Assembly: GCA_017535635.1 (NCBI GenBank)
Contig: JAFXTU010000024.1
Span: 10,517-74,516 of the forward strand
DNA from: Oscillospiraceae bacterium
Lineage (GTDB): Bacteria; Bacillota; Clostridia; Oscillospirales; Oscillospiraceae
Direction: 5' to 3'
Length of the DNA: 64,000 nt
The notes under the pieces were generated by a model. The model was not told where the DNA came from and searched no databases. It saw nothing but the letters and a program-made list of their open reading frames with translations. The first letter of the stretch is position 1; every line of letters starts with the position of its first letter. Shown here piece after piece: positions 7,219-15,971 of the stretch. The translations under genes were made by a program, and so were the position numbers.

Positions 7219-8862
7219 TCAGCCGTTCTCCAGGCCCACCTGCTGGGCGACGATGCTGGCGCCGTTGTACTTTGCCCGCAGCTTGGGCTTCTCGATCTTC
7301 CCGGTGGGATTCCGGGGCACCTTGTCGAAAATGATCTCCCGGGGCCGCTTGTAGCGGGGCAGGTCCAGGCAGAAGTCCTCGATCTCCTTCTGGGTGCACT
7401 CCACCCCCGGCTTCAGTTCGATGACGGCGGCGGCGATCTCTCCCAGGCGCGGGTGGGGGCGGCCGATGACCGCCACGTCCTTGATCTTGTCGTTCTGCCG
7501 GAGGAAGTCTTCGATCTGCACCGGGTAGAGGTTTTCCCCGCCGGTGATGATCACGTCCTTGGCCCGGTCCACCAGCCAGATGAAGCCGTCTGCGTCCACC
7601 TCGGCCATGTCCCCGGTAAGAAGCCAGGGTCCGCGCTTCACGGCGGAGGTGGCCTCCGGATCCTTGTAATAGCACTCCATGACGCCGGGACCCTTGACTG
7701 CCAGCTCGCCCACCTGGCCCTGGGGAACCTCCTGGAAGTTCGGGTCCACCACCTTCACCTCCCAGCCGTAGCCGGGAATGCCGATGGCCCCCACTTTGTG
7801 GACGTTCTCCACCCCCAGGTGGACGCAGCCGGGGCCGATGGATTCACTGAGGCCATAGTTCGTGTCGTACTGGTGGTGGGGGAAGACCTTCAGCCAGCGC
7901 TGGATCAGCACCGGGGGTACCGGCTGGGCGCCGATGTGCATCAGCCGCCACTGGTCCAGCTTGTAGTCCTCCAGCTTCACGTCCCCCCGGTCGATGGCGT
8001 CCAGAATATCCTGGGCCCAGGGGACCAGCAGCCACACGATGGTGCACTGCTCCTTGTGGACGGTCTTCAGGATCCACTCCGGGCTGATGCCCCGGAGCAG
8101 CACCGCCCGGCTGCCGGAAATGAGGCTGCCGAACCAGTGCATTTTGGCCCCCGTGTGGTACAGAGGGGGCATACAGAGGAAGCAGTCCTTCCGGGTCTGG
8201 CCGTGGTGGGCCTGCTCCACCTGGCAGGACTGGGTGAGGCTCCGGTGCTTGTGCAGGATCGCCTTGGGGAAGCCGGTGGTGCCGCTGGAGAAGTAGATGG
8301 CGGCCTCGTCGTCGTCCGTGAGCTCCATGGGGGGCTTCCGGCTGGAGCAGTAGCTGATCATCTGGTAGTAGCTGTCAGCGAAGAGGGGAGTGTGGTTCCC
8401 CACGTAGTAGAACTTCCGAATCTTTGGGAGCTTGTCCAGCTTACTCTCCACCCGCTCGATGAACTCCATGCCGAAGACCAGCATACTGGCGTCCGACAGG
8501 TCCAGGCAGTATTCGATCTCGTCTGCGGTATAGCGGTAATTCAAGGGCACCGCCAGGCAGCCCGCCTTCAGGATGCCGAAATAGATGGGCAGCCACTCCA
8601 GGCAGTTCATCAGCAGGATGGCGATCTTGTCGCCCTTTTTGCAGCCTGCGGTGAGGAGCAGATGGGCGAAGCGGTTGGCCCGCCGGTCAAAATCCTCCCA
8701 GGTCAGCTCCCGGCGGTAGGCCGTCTCCGGGTCCGTCTCCACCAAATTGAATTCCGCCCAGTTGGAGGTCTTTCGCCCCTCCCGGTCGGGATTGACCTCC
8801 ACCAGTGCCACGTCGTCGGGCCAGTTTTTCGCGTTGCGCTCCAGAAAATCCGTGATCGGCAT
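7219..8862 (-). CDS. AMP-forming acyl-CoA synthetase / fatty-acid--CoA ligase (class I adenylate-forming)
   Basis: 547 aa. AMP-binding signature YFSSGTTGFPKAILHKH. C-terminal GKIEKPKLR lysine block. Confidence 0.85.
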   Translation of the reverse strand: MPITDFLERNAKNWPDDVALVEVNPDREGRKTSNWAEFNLVETDPETAYRRELTWEDFDRRANRFAHLLLTAGCKKGDKIAILLMNCLEWLPIYFGILKAGCLAVPLNYRYTADEIEYCLDLSDASMLVFGMEFIERVESKLDKLPKIRKFYYVGNHTPLFADSYYQMISYCSSRKPPMELTDDDEAAIYFSSGTTGFPKAILHKHRSLTQSCQVEQAHHGQTRKDCFLCMPPLYHTGAKMHWFGSLISGSRAVLLRGISPEWILKTVHKEQCTIVWLLVPWAQDILDAIDRGDVKLEDYKLDQWRLMHIGAQPVPPVLIQRWLKVFPHHQYDTNYGLSESIGPGCVHLGVENVHKVGAIGIPGYGWEVKVVDPNFQEVPQGQVGELAVKGPGVMECYYKDPEATSAVKRGPWLLTGDMAEVDADGFIWLVDRAKDVIITGGENLYPVQIEDFLRQNDKIKDVAVIGRPHPRLGEIAAAVIELKPGVECTQKEIEDFCLDLPRYKRPREIIFDKVPRNPTGKIEKPKLRAKYNGASIVAQQVGLENG

Positions 8863-8973
8863 CTCTTCTTACCTCGTTCTGTTGTATTCAATGGATTTCT
8901 CAGGAATTTAAATGGATGATAACATCATAGCACCCGGCTCCCCTCCTGTCAAGGGCGGAAGGGGAGCCTCCCG

Positions 8974-9003
8974 AAAAACGCGGCACGGTCCGGACCGTGC
9001 CGC
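8974..9003 (-). terminator. Rho-independent terminator
   Basis: gcggcacggtc/gaccgtgccgc 11-bp stem immediately after the stop at 9006, then TTTTT on the minus strand. Confidence 0.7.
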
Positions 9004-9005
9004 AT

Positions 9006-9437
9006 TCAGAGCTCGGAGAACTGCTTCTCCCCGGTGACCTTTTCTCCCAAGCGGTTGGCCCAGCCCTCGCAGTAGAGCCGGGAGTAGGGGATGCGCTTCT
9101 TCCTCCGCAGTCGCTGAAGGAAAGGGAGGTTGCACCAGAGCATGCTGGGGAGGCCGATCACCAGGCTCCACACCGGCCCCAGGATCAGGCTCTGGATCGT
9201 GTGGCCGTATTCGTGGATGAGCAGGTCGTGCTCGGAAGCGGGGGAGAGGGGCTCCGTGAGGAAAATGAAGCAGCCGAAGGTCCAGCCTCCGCTGAACCGT
9301 TTTCGCCGGACCCGGGTGACGAGGGCCCCGTGGTAGCGGCTCCGGGGCTTTCCCAGGGTCAGGAGCCAGTGGATGGCCCCGGCCAGGTTTTGAGGCAGGC
9401 CCCAGGTGAATTGCAGCAGGTAGTACCAAAAACCCAT
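9006..9437 (-). CDS. Small membrane protein with HExxH (HEYGH) metallopeptidase-like motif
   Basis: Start set at ATG 9437 (MGFWYYLLQ) behind AGGAGG. Has hydrophobic segments and an HEYGH motif. Family not recognised. Confidence 0.6.
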   Translation of the reverse strand: MGFWYYLLQFTWGLPQNLAGAIHWLLTLGKPRSRYHGALVTRVRRKRFSGGWTFGCFIFLTEPLSPASEHDLLIHEYGHTIQSLILGPVWSLVIGLPSMLWCNLPFLQRLRRKKRIPYSRLYCEGWANRLGEKVTGEKQFSEL

Positions 9438-9525
9438 GAGAAAATGACCTCCTGCGCGGTTGCATTCCGCCGGAAAATATCGTATCATGAAAACAGAAAA
9501 AACTACACTGGAAAGGTGTGATGGG

Positions 9526-10476
9526 ATGGATCAGATCCAGTTTCCGGATTTCATGTCGGAAGAGAATATGCGGAAGATGAGCCGACAGGAGTTGGTGAAC
9601 CTCTATCTGATGATGGGCCAGGCCATGCTCCCCGGCGCGGCAGAAGCGCCGGACCCGCTGACGCTGCCCGTGGCGGGGGAGCGGATGGAGGTCCCCACCC
9701 GGGCGGGCAGGATCCGGGCCATCTTCTATAAGGCGAAAAAGCCTCATGCCCCGGTCTTTTTCGAGATGCACGGGGGCGGCTTCGTGGCGGGGAACTGCGA
9801 GGACGTGGATTTCTGGTGCGCCCTCCTGCGGGACCAGTTGGACATCAACGTGGTGAATCTGAATTACCGCAAGGCACCTCAGTTCCCCTGGCCCAGCGCC
9901 GCGGACGACGCCTTCGACACGGTGAAATGGTTCTATGAGCACGCGGCGGAGTACGATCTGGACACCGGGAAAATGGCCATCGGCGGCCACAGCGCCGGGG
10001 CCAACCTGGCGGCGGTCATCTGTCTGCGCACGCTCCGGGAGTCCGCTCCCTGGAGCTTCAAGCTCCAGGTGCTGGACTATCCGCCTCTGGATCTGCGGAC
10101 CAGCGCCTTTGACAAATTCAGCCATCCCATGGCGATCCCGCCCCAGATCGCCGTCATGTTCGACGCCTGCTACATCGCCCCGGGGCAGGGAGACGATCCC
10201 CTGGTGAGTCCCGCCGTGGCGGAGCCGGAGGAGCTGAAGGGCCTTCCGGCAGCCTGCATCGTGACGGCGGAGTACGATTCCCTCCGGGACGAGGGTGAGC
10301 TTTACGGGCGTAAGCTCATCGCTGCCGGGGTGCCGGTGTGGAGCCGCCGTTTCCTGGGCTCCGCCCACGGCTTCACCATGACCCTGGGAGGGCGCGACCC
10401 CATGATGCCGGAGGACACCAACGCCAAGGCGGCCTGCGGCATGATGATGGACGCCCTCTGGTACGCGCTGTCATGA
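9526..10476 (+). CDS. Alpha/beta hydrolase (HSL-type esterase/lipase)
   Basis: HGGGF oxyanion motif (FEMHGGGFVAG) and GxSxG nucleophile elbow (GGHSAGANLA). Start ATG 9526 follows GAAAGG. ATG 9487 or 9460 are possible alternatives. Confidence 0.8.
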   Translation: MDQIQFPDFMSEENMRKMSRQELVNLYLMMGQAMLPGAAEAPDPLTLPVAGERMEVPTRAGRIRAIFYKAKKPHAPVFFEMHGGGFVAGNCEDVDFWCALLRDQLDINVVNLNYRKAPQFPWPSAADDAFDTVKWFYEHAAEYDLDTGKMAIGGHSAGANLAAVICLRTLRESAPWSFKLQVLDYPPLDLRTSAFDKFSHPMAIPPQIAVMFDACYIAPGQGDDPLVSPAVAEPEELKGLPAACIVTAEYDSLRDEGELYGRKLIAAGVPVWSRRFLGSAHGFTMTLGGRDPMMPEDTNAKAACGMMMDALWYALS

Positions 10477-11153
10477 GCTATCGGTATGAGACGCATATGC
10501 ACACCGCCGAAGGAAGCCGCTGCGCCCGGGCGACGGCCGAGGAACAGGTGCGCTATTACAAGGACATGGGCTTCGACGGGATCTGCGTTACGGATCACTT
10601 CCTGGGGGGCAACACTACCGTGCCGCCGGAGCTCACCTGGAAGCGAAAGATCGAAATGTTCTGCGCTCCCTACGAAAAGGCAGCGGAGGCGGGGGAGAAG
10701 CTCGGCCTCAAGGTCTTTTTCGGCTGGGAATACGCCGACAAGGGCACGGATTTCCTCACCTACGGCCTGGATAAAGAATGGCTGCTTCGGAACGAGGGCC
10801 TTCTTCTGATGAGCATTACGAATTATCTGGACTTTGTCCGGCGGGAGGGGGCCTTCGTGGCTCACGCCCATCCCTTCCGGGAGGATTTCTACATTCCCTG
10901 CATCCAGCTCATGCCCCGGCAGGTGGACGCGGTGGAGATCGTAAACGCCAACCGGAAGGACTTTGAGAACTACCGGGCGGCGGAGTACGCCCGGAACTAC
11001 GGCCTCCCCGCCCTGGCCGGGAGCGACAACCACACCGCGGAGAAGCAGAAACGCCTCTGTGGCATCGAGACGGACGCCCCCATTCAGGATGCCTCCGACT
11101 TCCTCCGGGTCCTGCGCAGCGGGGAATACCGGATCTTCGATACGAAGGAGTGA
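10473..11153 (+). CDS. PHP-domain phosphoesterase (histidinol-phosphatase-like)
   Basis: ATGA overlap with the upstream stop. N-terminal YETHMHTAEGSRCA (HxH metal motif). Downstream HAHPFRE and GSDNH blocks. Confidence 0.75.
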   Translation: MSYRYETHMHTAEGSRCARATAEEQVRYYKDMGFDGICVTDHFLGGNTTVPPELTWKRKIEMFCAPYEKAAEAGEKLGLKVFFGWEYADKGTDFLTYGLDKEWLLRNEGLLLMSITNYLDFVRREGAFVAHAHPFREDFYIPCIQLMPRQVDAVEIVNANRKDFENYRAAEYARNYGLPALAGSDNHTAEKQKRLCGIETDAPIQDASDFLRVLRSGEYRIFDTKE

Positions 11154-11178
11154 TCCGGGCCGGGAGAGATTCCCGCTT

Positions 11179-11862
11179 TCAGTTGGAAAACACCCGCTCC
11201 ACGGCTTCCTGGATCCGGCGGCAGCGGTCCTGATCCAGGAGGATATGACTTTCCTCCGGGTCCTCCCGGATGGTCTGCTTTTCCGGGTCAAAGAAGTCCG
11301 AGGCGATGTTGGGGAGCCCCAGGGCCGTCTGGGAGCTGAGGAGCCGGTAGTGGGTGAGGGCGATCAGGTAGTCCCCATAGACGGAGGCGTGCTCTCCGTC
11401 CGCAAAGTAGAGGGGAAAGTCCGGCTCCTCGGCCAGCAGCGTCTGCCAAACCGTTCCCACCGGGGAGAGGAGGGCACCGGTCTCGTCGCAGAGGCGGCGG
11501 TGGAACCGGTCCATTTCCTCCTGGTGCTCCGGCGAGGCTTTTTCCGCCCAGGTTAGGGAGAAGACGGGAGCTGCCCCGCCCTTGCGGCTCAGCGCCGCCA
11601 GCCTTTTTCCGGCCTCGAACTCCTCGTCGGACCCGGCGAAGGGGTGGGCTTTCTGCTGGAACACGGCATAGTCGAAGCCGCCGTAGAGCAGGTTGTACCG
11701 CACCTCGAAGTACTCCTTCATGTGGTAGGTAAAGCCCATTCCCGGATGGCAGAGGAGAATGGGACGGATGTTCTCTCCCGTACCCGCCTGCCAGAGCCGG
11801 GCAAAGGTGTGTACCATGTCGTTGAAAAAGCTGTGGCTGTTGCCTACAAACAGGACGTTCAT
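11179..11862 (-). CDS. SGNH-like hydrolase-fold protein
   Basis: Start ATG 11862 (MNVLFVGNSHS) behind GGGAGG. Has a GNSHS block and a C-terminal DGEHAS (DxxH-like) block. Confidence 0.6.
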   Translation of the reverse strand: MNVLFVGNSHSFFNDMVHTFARLWQAGTGENIRPILLCHPGMGFTYHMKEYFEVRYNLLYGGFDYAVFQQKAHPFAGSDEEFEAGKRLAALSRKGGAAPVFSLTWAEKASPEHQEEMDRFHRRLCDETGALLSPVGTVWQTLLAEEPDFPLYFADGEHASVYGDYLIALTHYRLLSSQTALGLPNIASDFFDPEKQTIREDPEESHILLDQDRCRRIQEAVERVFSN

Positions 11863-11990
11863 AGCGGCATGCCTCCCATAAAGGATCGTATTGGTCGGAA
11901 GCATTATATCAAATTTCGATCGGAGAGAAAAGACCGAAGAAAGCCGCTCCGGCGATCCCGGATCAGCAAAACAGAAGGATGGAGATTAGT

Positions 11991-12728
11991 ATGAAATGTG
12001 AGGTCTGTTCCGCTCCCCTGGACCCGGAGACCCTGCGCTGCCCCGTCTGCGGAGCCAGGCACACTCTGGTCTGCATGGGCTGCGGCAGGGTGCCGGAGCC
12101 GGGGGAGAAGGTTTGCCGGGAGTGCGGCGAAGCACTGGTCCCGGGCCTGGACATGACCCGGGAGGAGATGGCCACCGTGGGGCAGAAGTGCTTCATGCCC
12201 TATTCCGGGGATCGGGTCTATAAGATCTACCTGGGTGGGAACCTGGACGGCGGCGGCCATGTGTTCCACAACCTGCCCGGCTATACCCGCACGCCGCCGG
12301 AGGAGCGGGTGGTGCTGCCCTCCCTGGTGGAGGGACATCCCATCTACGGCATCTGGAACGAGTATTTCTGCGTTGGGGATGAGTTCATGCCGGCGCTGCA
12401 GGAGGCCACCTATGCCAGGATGATGTCCATTCGGGAGATCGTGGTCTCCCGGGGCATCCAGGAGTGCTTCACCTATGCCTTTTTCGGCTGCGCGGGCCTG
12501 GAGGTCCTGGACCTGCCCCGGAGCCTCAAGCGCATGATGAACGACTTCTACGACCTCTTCATGGATGGGAAGGAAGTCATGGGGAACGGGGTGAAGAAGA
12601 CCCCCATCACCATCCGCTACCATGGAACGGAAGAGGATTGGCAGAAGGTGGCCGTCACCAGCCGCCTCTGGGACTACGTGGACAAGGGTTGTATCCGAAT
12701 GGAGTACCTGGGCCGGGACGAAGGGTAA
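11991..12728 (+). CDS. Double zinc-ribbon protein with C-terminal BspA-type leucine-rich-repeat-like region
   Basis: Start ATG 11991 behind GAAGGATGGAG. N-terminus has CEVC..CPVC..CMGC..CREC (two zinc ribbons). C-terminus has FFGCAGLEVLDLPRSLK. Confidence 0.6.
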   Translation: MKCEVCSAPLDPETLRCPVCGARHTLVCMGCGRVPEPGEKVCRECGEALVPGLDMTREEMATVGQKCFMPYSGDRVYKIYLGGNLDGGGHVFHNLPGYTRTPPEERVVLPSLVEGHPIYGIWNEYFCVGDEFMPALQEATYARMMSIREIVVSRGIQECFTYAFFGCAGLEVLDLPRSLKRMMNDFYDLFMDGKEVMGNGVKKTPITIRYHGTEEDWQKVAVTSRLWDYVDKGCIRMEYLGRDEG

Positions 12729-12735
12729 AACAAAT

Positions 12736-12895
12736 CAACGCAAACCCGCTTCGCTGGGCTTTGCGTTGAGAGAGATCGCGCTTCGCTCCCCGCACTCGCT
12801 TCGCTCGCACAGTCCGCTCCGCGAGAGGTATTTTTGGGCAGAAATGAATTCCGCCCAAAAATGATTCTGATTCTTTTCGCGCCTGCGGGCGCGAA
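12736..12895. repeat. Hairpin-dense convergent spacer carrying three CGCTTCGCT copies
   Basis: Hairpins: caacgcaaa/tttgcgttg (12736-12768), tttttgggc/gcccaaaaa (12831-12861), ttcgcgcc/ggcgcgaa (12876-12895). Exact CGCTTCGCT at 12747, 12779 and 12797. Confidence 0.5.
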
Positions 12896-12910
12896 CTCTG
12901 CGAGGCTTTT

Positions 12911-12948
12911 CAAAATGAATCAGGGCGGGCACCGAAGTGCCCGCCCTG
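12911..12948 (-). terminator. Terminator of the solute-binding lipoprotein gene
   Basis: cagggcgggcac-cgaa-gtgcccgccctg 12-bp stem, followed on the minus strand by ATTCATTTTG. Confidence 0.65.
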
Positions 12949-12984
12949 AATTGCGATTGAGTTGTGAGATCTCAGATCAAAACC

Positions 12985-14793
12985 TTAGGCGCCCATGAAA
13001 GCGTCGTAGGCTTCCTGATAAATCTCGGTGACGCGGTCGATGCCCATCTCGCCCAGCTGCTTCTGGAAGGAATCCCACTCGGAGAAGGACTTATCGCCCA
13101 GCAGGAAGAGGACGTAGTTCTCAGAGAAGAAGGTGTCCGCGTCGCTGCGCAGGTTGGCGATCTCAGCGCTGTCCTCGTCGTCCAGCTTGATGGCGGAGGG
13201 GTAGTTGTAAGCGCCGTCGTAGTAATCCAGGCACTCGTTCCACACGTCGAAGAACTTCAGGAGGCGGTCGCCGCCCTCGTAGTAGTAGTTACGGGTCCAG
13301 GAGTTGATACCGGAATCCATGGGGTTCTGCAGGTAAGCCATGGTGGCCCAGGCCACGCCCAGCTCGAAGCTGGTCATGATCTCGTTCCACTCGCGCTCGC
13401 CGGCCTCGTTGTAATCCCAGTACACGCCCTCGGGGCCCCAGTTCCGGTAGTCGGCGCCGAAGGGAGAATAGGCCCAGTCCAGCCAGGTGATGGCCAGGGG
13501 GATGTTCTCGCAGGTGCCGGCAACGGAGCTGCCGACGCCGCCGAACTCGTCAGGATCCAGGTGCCAGTGGATGATGTCGCCCTCATTGACGACCAGCTTC
13601 TTCATAACGTCGAAGCGGGCGCCGGGCTCCACGCAGCTGGTCTCGGTACCCAGGATCTCGCCGGGGTTGAAGAAAGCGCAGCCACAGTTGCCGTTGGTGA
13701 CGTCGGCGGTGATCTCGTCAAGACCGGTCATGGACTGGAAGTAGGGGCTGATGATGCCCTCGTCGAACCAACCCTTCAGGTACTGCATCAGGGTAAGGTC
13801 GTCAGCGGAGGTGCCGTTCAGGTTCACGACGCCGTCGATGACGCGGAGGTACATGCAGCCGGCAGTGTAGGGGGTGGTGTGGAATCCGTTCCAGACATTG
13901 GCGTAGGCGTCGATGTTGGAGTAGACCTGCAGGGGGAATTCGCAGTAGCCGGCGACCTGGATGGCCTTCAGCTGGTCATACCAGTCGTCGTAGGTGTTGG
14001 CGTCGTAGGCGTTGAGGCCCAGGCGGTCCAGCCAGTCGCCGCGCATGAAGTAGCCGGTGGTCTGGCAGGGCTCGTCGTAGAAGTCGGTCATGCCGATCCA
14101 CTTTTCCATGCCGGGGTTGTTGACGTTGCCCCACATGGCGTCGACCCACTGGAAGTCCTTGGCCCAGCGCAGATAGTTGGGCATATACTCCTTGTAGTCG
14201 TAATGGTTGACCACGATCTCCTCGTCGATGGCCTGGCTCAGGGAGCCGCCGGTGTGATAGGCCCAGAAGCCGGCGGTGATGTCGCACATCTCTTCGCTGG
14301 CCTCCATGACGGAGAGGGTCTCCGAGAAGGAGGCGGAGGCGATGACCTGGTATTCCATGTGAACGCCGGTCATCTCTTCCATGCCCATGTAGATGGGCAG
14401 GTCACCCATGCCGCCCTCCGGCAGGTACTGGGGAGTGAAGGAGAGGGTCATGTTGGTGAGGATCTCGTCGGTGGTGCTGATGGGAAGCTCGTACTCGTAC
14501 TTCTCCAGGGGCCAGCCCTCCGCGTCGGTGTCATAGTTGCCCTTCGCGAACTTGTAGGGGCCGTCATTGGAGGGAGTTGTCTCACCGCCGGAGGGAGCGC
14601 TGCTGCCGCCGCCGGAGGGAGCGCTGCTGCCGCCGCCGGAGGGAGCAGTTTCGCCGCCGGAGGGAGCGCTGCTGCCGCCGCCGGAGGGAGCGCTGCTGCC
14701 GCCGCCGCTCGCTCCGCCGCTTTTGCCGGAGCAGCCGGCGAACAGAGCCAGAACGAAAACGACAGCCAGGATCAGTGCTAGTTTCCTTTTCAT
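12985..14793 (-). CDS. Extracellular solute-binding lipoprotein (large family-1 ABC substrate-binding type), no transporter genes adjacent
   Basis: 602 aa. Lipobox signal peptide MKRKLALILAVVFVLALFAGC. Gly/Ser/Pro linker. Trp/Tyr/Asp-rich sugar-SBP-like body. Confidence 0.75.
   Translation of the reverse strand: MKRKLALILAVVFVLALFAGCSGKSGGASGGGSSAPSGGGSSAPSGGETAPSGGGSSAPSGGGSSAPSGGETTPSNDGPYKFAKGNYDTDAEGWPLEKYEYELPISTTDEILTNMTLSFTPQYLPEGGMGDLPIYMGMEEMTGVHMEYQVIASASFSETLSVMEASEEMCDITAGFWAYHTGGSLSQAIDEEIVVNHYDYKEYMPNYLRWAKDFQWVDAMWGNVNNPGMEKWIGMTDFYDEPCQTTGYFMRGDWLDRLGLNAYDANTYDDWYDQLKAIQVAGYCEFPLQVYSNIDAYANVWNGFHTTPYTAGCMYLRVIDGVVNLNGTSADDLTLMQYLKGWFDEGIISPYFQSMTGLDEITADVTNGNCGCAFFNPGEILGTETSCVEPGARFDVMKKLVVNEGDIIHWHLDPDEFGGVGSSVAGTCENIPLAITWLDWAYSPFGADYRNWGPEGVYWDYNEAGEREWNEIMTSFELGVAWATMAYLQNPMDSGINSWTRNYYYEGGDRLLKFFDVWNECLDYYDGAYNYPSAIKLDDEDSAEIANLRSDADTFFSENYVLFLLGDKSFSEWDSFQKQLGEMGIDRVTEIYQEAYDAFMGA
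14572..14709 (-). repeat. 2 x 69-bp in-frame tandem repeat in the lipoprotein linker
   Basis: Encodes (SGGGSSAP-SGGGSSAP-SGGET[A/T]P) twice. It contains an internal 24-bp sub-repeat gccgccgccggagggagcgctgct. Confidence 0.9.
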
Positions 14794-14826
14794 GGCAATT
14801 TCCCTTTCTTGAGATTTTCCGCAATA

Positions 14827-14859
14827 TATTACGGAATTATTACTTCCGCATCATAGCAT
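14827..14859. promoter_or_regulatory. Operator-like palindrome in the leader of the lipoprotein gene
   Basis: TTCCGCAATATATTACGGAA (14827-14846) is palindromic at 18 of 20 positions. A third TTCCGC half-site lies at 14854-14859, next to the predicted -10. Confidence 0.4.
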
Positions 14860-14888
14860 AGATCGAGCGTGAAATCAACCGTTTTGCG
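14860..14888 (-). promoter_or_regulatory. Candidate promoter of the lipoprotein gene
   Basis: Minus strand TTGATT (14888-14883), 17-nt spacer, TATGAT (14865-14860). Confidence 0.45.
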
Positions 14889-14927
14889 CAAAAAATGCGG
14901 ATATCTTCCATCGGAAACTGTGGACCA

Positions 14928-15971
14928 TCACAAAATAGCCGGTCCTTCCTCCTCCAAGACGGTCCCGCCGAAGAGGACGAAGCCCTCTTGGTCGTATCCC
15001 ACGGCCAGCTGACCCGGTGCGGGCCGCCGGAGAGGCGCGTCGAAGTCTATGCGAAGGCCCTCCTCCGTGGGCGTGACCAGGGCAGAGAAGCGGGCCGGGC
15101 GGCTCCGGGGCTTAATTTCGCAGCGGAAGGGCTCTTCCGCCGGGGCCATGGCGCCCCAAACGACGTTCCCCACCGTGATGGAATCCGTCATCAGCTCTCC
15201 TTCCTGTCCCAGGACCACGGCGTTGTCCTCCCGCCGGAGGCGGAGGACGTAGAGCCTTCCCTCGGCGGAGACGCCCAGTCCCCGCCGCTGGCCTACGGTG
15301 TAGCGGTGCAGGCCCCGGTGCCTGCCCAGGACGCGGCCGGAAGCGTCCACAAAGCTCCCCTCCGGGAGACCCTGTCCCCGTGCTTCCAGCCAGGACCCGT
15401 AATCTCCGTCGGGGATAAAGCAAATGTCCTGGCTGTCCGGAGCGCCGGCGTTATGGAGCCCCGCCTCCTGGGCCAGGGCGCGGTTCTCCGGTTTGGTACG
15501 CCCACTGAGGGGGAGGAGGAGACGGCCCAGGATCTCCGGGCCCACCAGAGCCAGCATATAGCTCTGGTCCTTGTCGGTGCCGGAGCGCCGGAGGCAGGGC
15601 CTGCCAAGGCGCTCCTCCACGGCGGCGTAGTGGCCCGTGGCGATCTTCTCCGCGCCGATAGCCTCCGCCGCCCGGAGCAGGGAGGGGAGCTTCACCCCGG
15701 GATTGCATACCGCGCAGGGATTGGGGGTCCGCCCGGCGCGATAGATCTCCGCGAAGGGGGCGCGCACCAGCCTTTCGTGGGCCTCCGCAGCGTCGAAGAC
15801 GGAAAATCCGATACCCAGCTGCGCCGCCGCTCCCCTGGCTTCCTCCGGGGAGCCGAAGCCCAGGTCCAGCCAGACGCCGTGGACCTCATAGCCCTGCCGC
15901 TTCAGGAGCAGGGCCGCGGCGGCGGAGTCCACCCCGCCGGAGAGGCCCAGGACCACCTTGGGGGCCATCAC
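14928..15971 (-). CDS. mnmA: tRNA 2-thiouridine(34) synthase MnmA
   Basis: 347 aa. PP-loop [15 protein letters not shown]. Conserved NPCxxCN block (TPNPCAVCN). Confidence 0.9.
   Translation of the reverse strand: MMAPKVVLGLSGGVDSAAAALLLKRQGYEVHGVWLDLGFGSPEEARGAAAQLGIGFSVFDAAEAHERLVRAPFAEIYRAGRTPNPCAVCNPGVKLPSLLRAAEAIGAEKIATGHYAAVEERLGRPCLRRSGTDKDQSYMLALVGPEILGRLLLPLSGRTKPENRALAQEAGLHNAGAPDSQDICFIPDGDYGSWLEARGQGLPEGSFVDASGRVLGRHRGLHRYTVGQRRGLGVSAEGRLYVLRLRREDNAVVLGQEGELMTDSITVGNVVWGAMAPAEEPFRCEIKPRSRPARFSALVTPTEEGLRIDFDAPLRRPAPGQLAVGYDQEGFVLFGGTVLEEEGPAIL

Noticed and set aside
7114-8919. Long antisense or alternative-frame ORFs throughout the window (for example 7114-8919, 12964-14781, 16142-17980, 2197-3933, 42168-43856, 55705-57315, 57478-59703, 59738-61243)
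   Set aside because: Each lies opposite or out of frame to a gene with clear family signatures. None has an SD or a recognisable motif. They are high-GC shadow ORFs.
14567-14861. Arg/Cys-rich and Pro-rich ORFs (14577-14861, 14582-14824, 14567-14812) over the tandem repeat
   Set aside because: They are alternative-frame readings of the 69-bp repeat inside the lipoprotein gene. Their periodicity is an artefact of the DNA repeat.
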